This document shows positions 26,171 through 33,120 of a stretch of 56,024 nucleotides of DNA, piece by piece. Position 1 is the first letter of the stretch. Each line of letters begins with the position of its first letter. Both the position numbers and the translations under genes were made by a program. The notes under the pieces were generated by a model, which was given only the letters and a program-made list of their open reading frames with translations, was not told the origin of the DNA and ran no database searches. Source of the DNA: Patescibacteria group bacterium (GTDB lineage Bacteria; Patescibacteriota; Minisyncoccia; Phycocordibacterales; SBAW01); the NCBI GenBank assembly GCA_028864875.1, contig JAGWLV010000002.1, forward strand, positions 1 to 56,024. The letters are read 5' to 3'.

Positions 26171-26190
26171 TTGCAGCCGTGCGTAATCTA
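26171..26190 (-). promoter_or_regulatory. Promoter/5'-leader module (variant): TAGATT-6nt-GGCTGCAA
   Basis: Minus-strand reading is TAGATTacgcacGGCTGCAAttctctgaGGGAGGctcaATG. Confidence 0.4.
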
Positions 26191-26239
26191 ACCCATAAAT
26201 CTTTGTTAGTCAAATTAGTTGCACGTGCGAGAGTCCTTG

Positions 26240-26280
26240 TGCTATATTCTCCTCTAGCCCGCGAGGGCTCCTTATTTTTC
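26240..26280 (+). promoter_or_regulatory. rpsN promoter (TGcTATATT) with a terminator-like hairpin at the predicted transcript start
   Basis: TATATT at 26243..26248. Seven nt later comes AGCCC-gcga-GGGCT (26256..26269), then CCTTATTTTT. Confidence 0.45.
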
Positions 26281-26326
26281 TGCCAGGTCCCCTACATAGG
26301 TGGGATACCAGCAGAATCACAAGCCA

Positions 26327-26512
26327 ATGGCTAAAAAGTCTACAGTCGCACGCTCAAACCGCCCGCCGAAATTCAAGTCGCGGGTCGTTCGCCGTTGCTT
26401 CCGTTGCGGCCGCAAGCGCGCGTTCATGCGCGACTTCGGCCTGTGCCGCGCGTGCTTTCGCGAGGCAGCCAACGAAGGGCTCATCCCCGGCGTGCGCAAA
26501 TCGTCCTGGTAA
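26327..26512 (+). CDS. rpsN: 30S ribosomal protein S14, zinc-binding type Z
   Basis: 61 aa; [46 protein letters not shown] (CxxC...CxxC). Confidence 0.95.
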   Translation: MAKKSTVARSNRPPKFKSRVVRRCFRCGRKRAFMRDFGLCRACFREAANEGLIPGVRKSSW

Positions 26513-26518
26513 TCACGT

Positions 26519-26899
26519 ATGATGACTGACCCAATCTCCGATATGCTCGTTCGTCTGCAAAACGCCGCCCGCGTGGGCAAGGGTGCGTTGTCCATGCCGT
26601 ACTCGCGCATCAAACACTCCTCGCTCTCGGTCCTCAAGAAGGAGGGCTATGTCAAAGACGTATCGACCACTCAAAACGGCGGGCGCAAAATACTTGAAAT
26701 TTCCATCGACCCCTCCGCCATCCGCGGCATCAAACGCATCTCCAAAGGCTCGCGCCGCGTATACCTCGGCGCGCGCGACCTGCGCCCCGTGATGCGCGGC
26801 CACGGCCTCCTTGTACTCACCACGCCGCTTGGCGTGATGACCGGCCTCGAGGCGCGCCGCAGGGGTGTCGGCGGCGAGCCTCTGTTTGAAATCTGGTAA
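26519..26899 (+). CDS. rpsH: 30S ribosomal protein S8
   Basis: 126 aa; TDPISDMLVRLQNA...GGEPLFEIW. Confidence 0.96.
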   Translation: MMTDPISDMLVRLQNAARVGKGALSMPYSRIKHSSLSVLKKEGYVKDVSTTQNGGRKILEISIDPSAIRGIKRISKGSRRVYLGARDLRPVMRGHGLLVLTTPLGVMTGLEARRRGVGGEPLFEIW

Positions 26900-26903
26900 T
26901 CAT

Positions 26904-27437
26904 ATGTCACGACTTGCAAAACAGCCCATCGCGCTCCCCGAAAAGACCGAAGTGAATGTCGGAGGCGGCTTCATTACCGTCAAAGGCCCCAAGGGCACGC
27001 TCACGCGCACGACGCACAGGCTCGTTGATGTCGTCGTCAAGCCGGAGGGCGTGCAGGTGTCGCCGAAGTCGGGTTCGGTTGAGGCGCGCGCCGCGCTCGG
27101 CACCTACGCCAGCCACGTGCGCAACATGCTCGAGGGCGTCACAAAGGGGTTTGAAAAGAAACTCCTCGTCGAGGGTGTGGGCTACAAGTGGGACGTGCAG
27201 GGCAAGAGCCTCAAGCTCGCACTCGGCTTCTCCCACCCGGTTGTCGTGCCGATACCGGAAGATCTTACCGTCGTGGTCGACAAGGGCGCACTCCTCATAA
27301 AGGGGTTTGATAAAGAGCTTGTCGGGCAGTTTGCCGCCAACATCCGCGCGCTCAAGGAGCCCGAGCCCTACAAAGGCAAGGGCATCCGCTACGAGGGCGA
27401 GGTCATCCGCCGCAAGCAGGGCAAGAAAGCCGTCTAA
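26904..27437 (+). CDS. rplF: 50S ribosomal protein L6
   Basis: MSRLAKQPIALPEKTEV...EPYKGKGIRYEGE. Start trimmed. Confidence 0.96.
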   Translation: MSRLAKQPIALPEKTEVNVGGGFITVKGPKGTLTRTTHRLVDVVVKPEGVQVSPKSGSVEARAALGTYASHVRNMLEGVTKGFEKKLLVEGVGYKWDVQGKSLKLALGFSHPVVVPIPEDLTVVVDKGALLIKGFDKELVGQFAANIRALKEPEPYKGKGIRYEGEVIRRKQGKKAV

Positions 27438-27442
27438 ATTCT

Positions 27443-27790
27443 ATGCACAAGACTATTAAACAATCTATCGCCCGCTCCCGCCGCCACGCGCGCATCCGCG
27501 CGCGCGCGATAGGCTCCTCTGCGCGCCCGCGGCTCAGCGTATTTAAATCAAACCGCTACATGGTGGCGCAGCTCATCGACGACGCGAAGGGCGCGACGCT
27601 CCTGAGCGGCTCGACGATGGGGCTCAAAGGAACCAAAACGGAATCTGCGCGCGCGCTCGGCGAGACGCTCGGCAAAGCGCTGAAGGAACAGGGGATTAAG
27701 GCGGTGGTCTTTGACCGCGGCGGCTTCCGCTACACGGGGCGCGTCGCGGCGGTTGCCGACGGCGTGCGTACACAAGGTATTGATTTTTAA
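27443..27790 (+). CDS. rplR: 50S ribosomal protein L18
   Basis: 115 aa; RPRLSVFKSNRYMVAQLIDD...VFDRGGFRYTGRV. Confidence 0.95.
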   Translation: MHKTIKQSIARSRRHARIRARAIGSSARPRLSVFKSNRYMVAQLIDDAKGATLLSGSTMGLKGTKTESARALGETLGKALKEQGIKAVVFDRGGFRYTGRVAAVADGVRTQGIDF

Positions 27791-27795
27791 ATTAT

Positions 27796-28419
27796 ATGGC
27801 TGACGACACACAAAAAAAAGTTGAAGGTGCTGCTCCCGAAGCCGTTGCTCCGGCGGCCCCTGCCGAGGCGCCCCGCCAGAGCGGAGAGCGCGGCCTGCCC
27901 GACGGCAAGGCGGGCCGCGGACGCGGCGCTCGCGGCGGACGCGGCGAGCGCCGCGGCGCGCGCTCGGGCTCGCGCCCCCCGCGCGCCCGCAGCGAGTTTG
28001 ACACCCGCATGATCAACATCCGCCGCGTGGCACGCGTCGTTGCGGGCGGACGGCGTTTCTCCTTCTCGGTTGCTATAATCATCGGCAACAAGAAGGGCAA
28101 AGTGGGTGTGGGCCTCGGCAAGGCGGGGGACACGACGCTCGCGATAGACAAGGCGACGCGCGACGCAAAAAAACACATGATTGAAGTGGCGCTCACCAAG
28201 GACAGCTCCATCGCGCACGATGTCGCGGCCAAGTACGCCGCAAGCCGCATCGTGCTGCGCCCCAGCCCGGGTCGCGGGCTCGTCGCGGGCTCCTCGGTCA
28301 AGCCGGTCTTGGAGCTCGCGGGCATCAACAACACCGTCGCCAAGGTGCGCTCGGGCTCCAAAAACGGTCTCAATAACGCCCGCGCGACCATCGAGGCACT
28401 CAAATCGCTCAAAGCCTAA
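27796..28419 (+). CDS. rpsE: 30S ribosomal protein S5 with a ~70-aa Ala/Pro and Arg/Gly-rich N-terminal extension
   Basis: The core INIRRVARVVAGGRRFSFSV...GKAGDTTLAIDKA is S5. It is preceded by ...GKAGRGRGARGGRGERRGARSGSRPPRAR. Confidence 0.94.
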   Translation: MADDTQKKVEGAAPEAVAPAAPAEAPRQSGERGLPDGKAGRGRGARGGRGERRGARSGSRPPRARSEFDTRMINIRRVARVVAGGRRFSFSVAIIIGNKKGKVGVGLGKAGDTTLAIDKATRDAKKHMIEVALTKDSSIAHDVAAKYAASRIVLRPSPGRGLVAGSSVKPVLELAGINNTVAKVRSGSKNGLNNARATIEALKSLKA

Positions 28420-28427
28420 AAATATAT

Positions 28428-28874
28428 ATGCAACTCCACACACTCAAACGCAAAACCGAAAACAAAGGCAGCAAACGCATCGGCCGCGGCCGCGCCTCGG
28501 GCAAGGGCAAGACCGCCGGGCGCGGCACCAAAGGCCAGAACGCGCGCGCCGGGCACAAAAAGCGCCCGGAGATCCGCGAGCAGCTCAAAAAGCTCCCCAA
28601 GCTCCGCGGCCGCGGCGTGCACGGCCTCCGGTCCATTGTTGCGCCGGCAGAAGTACTCAACGTCTCGAGCCTCGAGCGTGCCTTTGCGCCGGGGGACACT
28701 ATCACGGTCGCACTTCTCCTCGAGCGCGGCCTTGTGCACGCACGCAAGGGCAAGCAGCCCCGCGTCAAACTGTTGGGCGACGGCGAGCTGACCAAAAAGC
28801 TCGCCGTGCAGGGCATCTCCGCCTCGGCCTCGGCCAAACAAAAAATAGAACAAGCGGGGGGCTCGGTCGCATAA
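28428..28874 (+). CDS. rplO: 50S ribosomal protein L15
   Basis: 148 aa; RIGRGRASGKGKTAGRGTKGQNARAG. It follows rpsE directly, with no L30 gene between them. Confidence 0.95.
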   Translation: MQLHTLKRKTENKGSKRIGRGRASGKGKTAGRGTKGQNARAGHKKRPEIREQLKKLPKLRGRGVHGLRSIVAPAEVLNVSSLERAFAPGDTITVALLLERGLVHARKGKQPRVKLLGDGELTKKLAVQGISASASAKQKIEQAGGSVA

Positions 28875-28878
28875 GCGT

Positions 28879-30150
28879 ATGAACGCACTGATGCAAAAAC
28901 TTTCGCTCCTTGTACAGGATGCGGCGCTGCGCAACCGCATGCTCTTTGTGCTCGGCGCGCTTGCCGTCTCGCGCGTGCTCGCGGCAATTCCTATCCCCGG
29001 CATCAACGCGCTTCAGCTCCAAAACTTTTTTGCACAAAACCAATTCTTCGGGCTCCTCAACCTCTTCTCCGGCGGCGGACTCTCGAGCCTCTCTATCGTG
29101 ATGCTCGGTGTCGCGCCTTACATCACAGCCTCGATCGTCATGCAGCTCTTGACGCTCATGGTCCCCAGCCTCAAAGCACTCTATCAAGAAGAGGGCGAGG
29201 TCGGCCGGCAGAAATTCTCGCAGTACTCGCGCTTACTCACCGTGCCGGTGGCGCTTGTCCAAGGGACATCATTCCTCCTCATCCTCGAGCGCCAGGGAAT
29301 TCTGCCCGCGCTCGGACTCTTTCCGTTTTTGGTCAACCTCTCCGTCATTGTCGCAGGTTCGCTCTTCCTCATGTGGATAGGCGAGCTCATTTCCGAGTAC
29401 GGCCTCGGCAACGGCGTCTCCGTCATCATCTTTGCGGGCATCGTCGCGCGCCTCCCGCAAGACCTCAATCAGCTCCTCTTCTCGTTTGACCCGACCCAAA
29501 TCCCCGTGTACCTCGGCGCGCTGCTTGCAGCGGTTGCGGTCGTCGCCGCTGTCGTGTTTGTGACCGAAGCGGAGCGCCCAGTGCCCGTGACCTACGCCAA
29601 GCGCGTGCGGGGGATGAAGTTCTTCGGCGGGCAGAGCACGTACTTGCCGCTGCGGCTCAATCAAGCGGGTGTCATTCCGATTATCTTTGCACTCTCCTTC
29701 CTCCTTATTCCGCAGATGTTCGCGAGCTTCTTCCAAAACTCCAGCCATGCGTGGCTCGCCCACATCGCGAGCGCGATACTCTCGTGGTTCCAGAACCTCG
29801 GCGTCTACGGCGCGCTCTACTTTGTCCTCGTGTTCCTCTTTACGTACTTCTATACAGCGGTGACTTTCGACCCGCACCAACTGTCGGAAAACCTCCAGCA
29901 AAACGGCGCCTTCATCCCCGGCGTGCGCCCCGGCCCCTCCACCCAGGACTACGTGGGCAAGGTCATTACGCGCATCACGTTCGTCGGCGCGCTCTTTTTA
30001 GGTATTATCGCGGTGTTGCCTATTGCGATGCAATCCTTCACGGGTGTGCAGAGCTTGGCGCTCGGCGGCACGGCGCTCCTCATCGTGGTGACGGTTATTT
30101 TGGACTTGGCGCGCCGCATCGACGCGCAGATTTCCATCCGCGAGTACTAG
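28879..30150 (+). CDS. secY: Preprotein translocase subunit SecY
   Basis: 423 aa, 10-TM pattern; LGVAPYITASIVMQLL, WIGELISEYGLGNGVSVIIFAGI. Confidence 0.97.
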   Translation: MNALMQKLSLLVQDAALRNRMLFVLGALAVSRVLAAIPIPGINALQLQNFFAQNQFFGLLNLFSGGGLSSLSIVMLGVAPYITASIVMQLLTLMVPSLKALYQEEGEVGRQKFSQYSRLLTVPVALVQGTSFLLILERQGILPALGLFPFLVNLSVIVAGSLFLMWIGELISEYGLGNGVSVIIFAGIVARLPQDLNQLLFSFDPTQIPVYLGALLAAVAVVAAVVFVTEAERPVPVTYAKRVRGMKFFGGQSTYLPLRLNQAGVIPIIFALSFLLIPQMFASFFQNSSHAWLAHIASAILSWFQNLGVYGALYFVLVFLFTYFYTAVTFDPHQLSENLQQNGAFIPGVRPGPSTQDYVGKVITRITFVGALFLGIIAVLPIAMQSFTGVQSLALGGTALLIVVTVILDLARRIDAQISIREY

Positions 30151-30158
30151 CCCGCGGG

Positions 30159-30164
30159 TATACT
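30159..30164 (+). promoter_or_regulatory. -10 box TATACT, 8 nt before ATG 30173 (leaderless)
   Basis: Sequence is gggTATACTaaattagtATG. Confidence 0.45.
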
Positions 30165-30172
30165 AAATTAGT

Positions 30173-30532
30173 ATGAATAGAATTGGCGCGCGGGTGATGG
30201 CAGAAGTTGTTTTTGTCATCCACGCCGGGCAGATGGCGCTCGTGCTCTTCGGCTGGCTCTTGCCGTTTCCATACTACTATCTCTACCTCGCCGACTTGTC
30301 GCTCACCTTCCTCAATCAGCTCATATGGCGTTCGTGCTTCTTGACCGCCTGGGAGTTCTACTTTAGGCACATCGCCGACCCTTCAATCAAAAACGACCGG
30401 TACTTTCTTACGTACTACTCGGACAAGTATTTTCCAAGTTTTGTGACCGACGGCCTGGTTGATCGCGCGTCGCTTGTATTTCTTTCGGTATCGCTTGCAT
30501 TCGCCGCGTTCCGTCTCGCCGGTATTTTGTAG
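30173..30532 (+). CDS. Membrane protein (DUF2784-like by appearance) inserted between secY and adk
   Basis: 119 aa, 3-4 TM; VFVIHAGQMALVLFGWLLPF...CFLTAWEFYFR. Confidence 0.6.
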   Translation: MNRIGARVMAEVVFVIHAGQMALVLFGWLLPFPYYYLYLADLSLTFLNQLIWRSCFLTAWEFYFRHIADPSIKNDRYFLTYYSDKYFPSFVTDGLVDRASLVFLSVSLAFAAFRLAGIL

Positions 30533-30544
30533 TAGAGTAGGCAG

Positions 30545-31120
30545 ATGCAAGACATCCGTACGTTTTTGATGATGGGCCGCCCCGGCGCGGGCAAAGGCAC
30601 ACAAGCAAAGTTACTTGCAAAAAAACTCGGCGCCGAAGTCTACTCCTCGGGCAACCGTCTGCGCGAAATGGCCAAGGGCCACGGCTTCGTGGCGCGGAAA
30701 ATAAAGGACGTCATCGACAGCGGCGGCCTCCTGCCGTCGTGGCTCTCCTCGCACCTGTTTGAAGGGGCGCTCTTGATGCTTGAGCCCGAGGAGCTCGTCG
30801 TGTTCGAGGGGGCGTGTCGCCGGCTTGAAGAGGCGCGGGCTTTCGACCGCGTGGTTGCCTGGCTCGAGCGCCCCTACAAAGCGGTGTTTATCAATGTGTC
30901 CGACGAGGAATCCGAGAAGCGCCTCAATGCACGGCGGGCGGTAGAAAGGCGTGCCGACGACGCTTCAGACACCGTCATAGAGCGCCTTGCCGAGTATGAA
31001 GAAAACACCCGCCCGGCGGTCGAGTTTTTGCGCGAGCGCGGCGTCCTTGTTGAAATAGACGGCCACAAAAGTGTCGAGGACGTGCACAAAGCGATACTCA
31101 GTGCCCTCCGCCTTCAATGA
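30545..31120 (+). CDS. adk: Adenylate kinase
   Basis: 191 aa with P-loop MGRPGAGKGTQAKLLA and a short lid lacking Cys. Confidence 0.92.
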   Translation: MQDIRTFLMMGRPGAGKGTQAKLLAKKLGAEVYSSGNRLREMAKGHGFVARKIKDVIDSGGLLPSWLSSHLFEGALLMLEPEELVVFEGACRRLEEARAFDRVVAWLERPYKAVFINVSDEESEKRLNARRAVERRADDASDTVIERLAEYEENTRPAVEFLRERGVLVEIDGHKSVEDVHKAILSALRLQ

Positions 31121-31881
31121 TTGTTACTACTCCACAAGAGCGCAAAGACCTGCACGCCGCGGGCATCATACTTTCGAGCATTCTCGAAGATCTCTCCGCG
31201 CAAGTGCGCGAGGGGACGAGCGCCGCGGCGCTCGACCTCTTTGCCGAGTCGGCCATACGCACGCACGGCGCCACGCCCGCGTTCCTCGGCTACACGCCGG
31301 CGGACGCGCCGGGGCCCTACCCGGCCGCGCTGTGCGTCTCTATCAATGACGAAATAGTGCATGGCCTCCCGACCGAGCACAAGATTGTACGCAAGGGCGA
31401 CATCGTAAAGCTCGACCTGGGGCTCTCCTACAACGGCGTGTTCGTCGACGCGGCGCGCAGCGTGTGCGCAGGCTCCTGCGACGCGCGCGGAAGAGAGCTC
31501 GTTGCGGCGACCGTCGAGGCGCTGCGCGGCGGCATCGCTGCGGCAAAGGCGGGCGGGACGACGGAAGACATCGGCGCGGCGATAGGGCGCGTCGCGCGCA
31601 AGTACAAACTCGCCGTCGTACACGAGCTCGGCGGCCACAGCTTGGGGCGCACACCCCACGAGCCGCCGTTTGTGCCCAACGTCGGGCGGGAAGGGGGGGG
31701 GGATGTTTTGAAAGAAGGACTGGTGCTCGCCATTGAACCGATTTTTGCAGAAAAAAGCGGGGAAATGTTTTTGGCGCCGGACGGGTGGACGTACAAAACG
31801 CGCGACCGCTCGCGCGCCGCGCAGACCGAAGCGACCATCATCGTCGGCAAGGATTCCGCCGACATTTTGACCCCGTTTTAG
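31117..31881 (+). CDS. map: Methionine aminopeptidase type I
   Basis: 254 aa; NDEIVHGLP, GDIVKLDLG, HELGGHSLG, LAIEPIF. ATGA overlap with adk. Confidence 0.93.
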   Translation: MIVTTPQERKDLHAAGIILSSILEDLSAQVREGTSAAALDLFAESAIRTHGATPAFLGYTPADAPGPYPAALCVSINDEIVHGLPTEHKIVRKGDIVKLDLGLSYNGVFVDAARSVCAGSCDARGRELVAATVEALRGGIAAAKAGGTTEDIGAAIGRVARKYKLAVVHELGGHSLGRTPHEPPFVPNVGREGGGDVLKEGLVLAIEPIFAEKSGEMFLAPDGWTYKTRDRSRAAQTEATIIVGKDSADILTPF

Positions 31882-31918
31882 TTTGCAAAACGGACTCAAA
31901 AACGGTAGAGTCTGTGGG

Positions 31919-32503
31919 ATGAAAATAAAAGAAGAGCGGACATTCGTACTCGTCAAACCCGACGGCGTACGCAAGGGGCTTATTGGTGAAATTATCAAGC
32001 GCTTCGAGCAGCGCGACATGAAAATTGTGGCGCTTGAAATGTTTACGCCCACGCGCGCGATGATTGACCAGCACTATCCCAAAGACAAGGCATGGGTTAC
32101 CCGCCTGGGGGAGAAGACACTCAACACCTTTACCAAGTACGGTATCAGCGCCAAAAAGGAGTATGGCACCGACGACCCGGCAAAAATCGGTCCACAAGTA
32201 CGCACGTGGCTTGTCGATTTTATGGTCTCGGCCCCGCTCGTCAAAATGGTGGTGCAGGGGGTCCACGCGGTCGATATGGTCCGCAAGATTGCAGGACCCA
32301 CCATGCCGTATCTCGCCGACATGGGCACTATCCGCGGCGACTACTCCAACGACAGCCCTGCGATAGCCAACCTCGAAAAGCGCCCCGTGTACAACCTCGT
32401 CCACGCTTCCGAGACCCCCGAAGAGGCCAAGCACGAAATAGCGCACTGGTTCGGCAAGGACGCGAAAATCGTCTCCTACAAGCGCTTTGGAGTTGACGAG
32501 TAA
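31919..32503 (+). CDS. ndk: Nucleoside diphosphate kinase family protein with internal insertions
   Basis: ERTFVLVKPDGVRKGLIGEIIKRFE, LVDFMVSAP, NLVHASETPEEAKHEIAHWF (catalytic His context). There is a ~40-aa insertion after QHYP. Start trimmed to ATG 31919. Confidence 0.8.
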   Translation: MKIKEERTFVLVKPDGVRKGLIGEIIKRFEQRDMKIVALEMFTPTRAMIDQHYPKDKAWVTRLGEKTLNTFTKYGISAKKEYGTDDPAKIGPQVRTWLVDFMVSAPLVKMVVQGVHAVDMVRKIAGPTMPYLADMGTIRGDYSNDSPAIANLEKRPVYNLVHASETPEEAKHEIAHWFGKDAKIVSYKRFGVDE

Positions 32504-32565
32504 CACACAATAATTCTGCAATCTGTTATTCACAGGATTTTTCGCCCCGCGAGAATATAATTATT

Positions 32566-32712
32566 GGTGGACTACGGAGGCAATGTCCTTAACAAATTTA
32601 AGGGAGCCCGCAGTTCCTCGGCCGTAAAGGCCGAAGACAAGGCACCCACCTGGCAATAGCCAGGACACGCTTCCGAAGTCCACCAAAGAGTCCCGCTTCT
32701 GCGGGATTTTTT
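32566..32712 (+). ncRNA. Candidate structured ncRNA (~145 nt) with its own promoter and terminator; identity unresolved
   Basis: TATAAT lies at 32556..32561. The closing helix GGACUACGGAGGC/GCUUCCGAAGUCC forms 12 of 13 pairs. Internal hairpins are CCTTAA-caaat-TTAAGG, CGGCC-gtaaa-GGCCG and CCTGGC-aata-GCCAGG. The terminator is TCCCGC-ttct-GCGGGA followed by TTTTTT (32691..32712). Confidence 0.55.
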
Positions 32713-32736
32713 GATGGTTGTGGTATCATCGGGGGC

Positions 32737-33120
32737 GTGCCGATTTTTTTTAATGCGCTCGCACTTCTCTCTGCACTCACCGTCGGCTTTTTGTACTGGC
32801 ACGGCGTGCAAGACGCGCTGTTTTGGAAGATAGGAACCTACTACATTATACTCCACGTGCTGGGCGGGTTTGCGGTCGGCAGCTGGGTTTCGGCCGGGCT
32901 CTGGCGTCTGCGCGCGGCGCGCGACAAGGCACCCCTGCGTATCATGCTCGCCGCGCTCGCGGTCGGGGTGGCCTGGGAGATATTTGAATTTATAACAGGG
33001 CTCAGCTGGCCCGACCCCCACTACCTGACCAAAACAACCGGCGACCTGCTGTGCGACGTGACCGGCGGCCTTGTTGCGGCGCTCCTCTACGGCGCGCTGC
33101 GCTCGTACTTGTATGAGTAA
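32737..33120 (+). CDS. Membrane protein, function unknown
   Basis: 127 aa, 4 TM, GTG start. A TGGTATCAT -10-like box ends 8 nt upstream. Confidence 0.6.
   Translation: MPIFFNALALLSALTVGFLYWHGVQDALFWKIGTYYIILHVLGGFAVGSWVSAGLWRLRAARDKAPLRIMLAALAVGVAWEIFEFITGLSWPDPHYLTKTTGDLLCDVTGGLVAALLYGALRSYLYE

Noticed and set aside
32566-32712. Assigning the structured RNA to the yybP-ykoY (Mn) riboswitch or firmly to SRP RNA.
   Set aside because: The conserved GGGGAGUAG and GAGACC elements of yybP-ykoY are absent. The GGAA tetraloop and AGCA loop of SRP domain IV are not evident. The RNA is left unassigned pending a covariance-model search.
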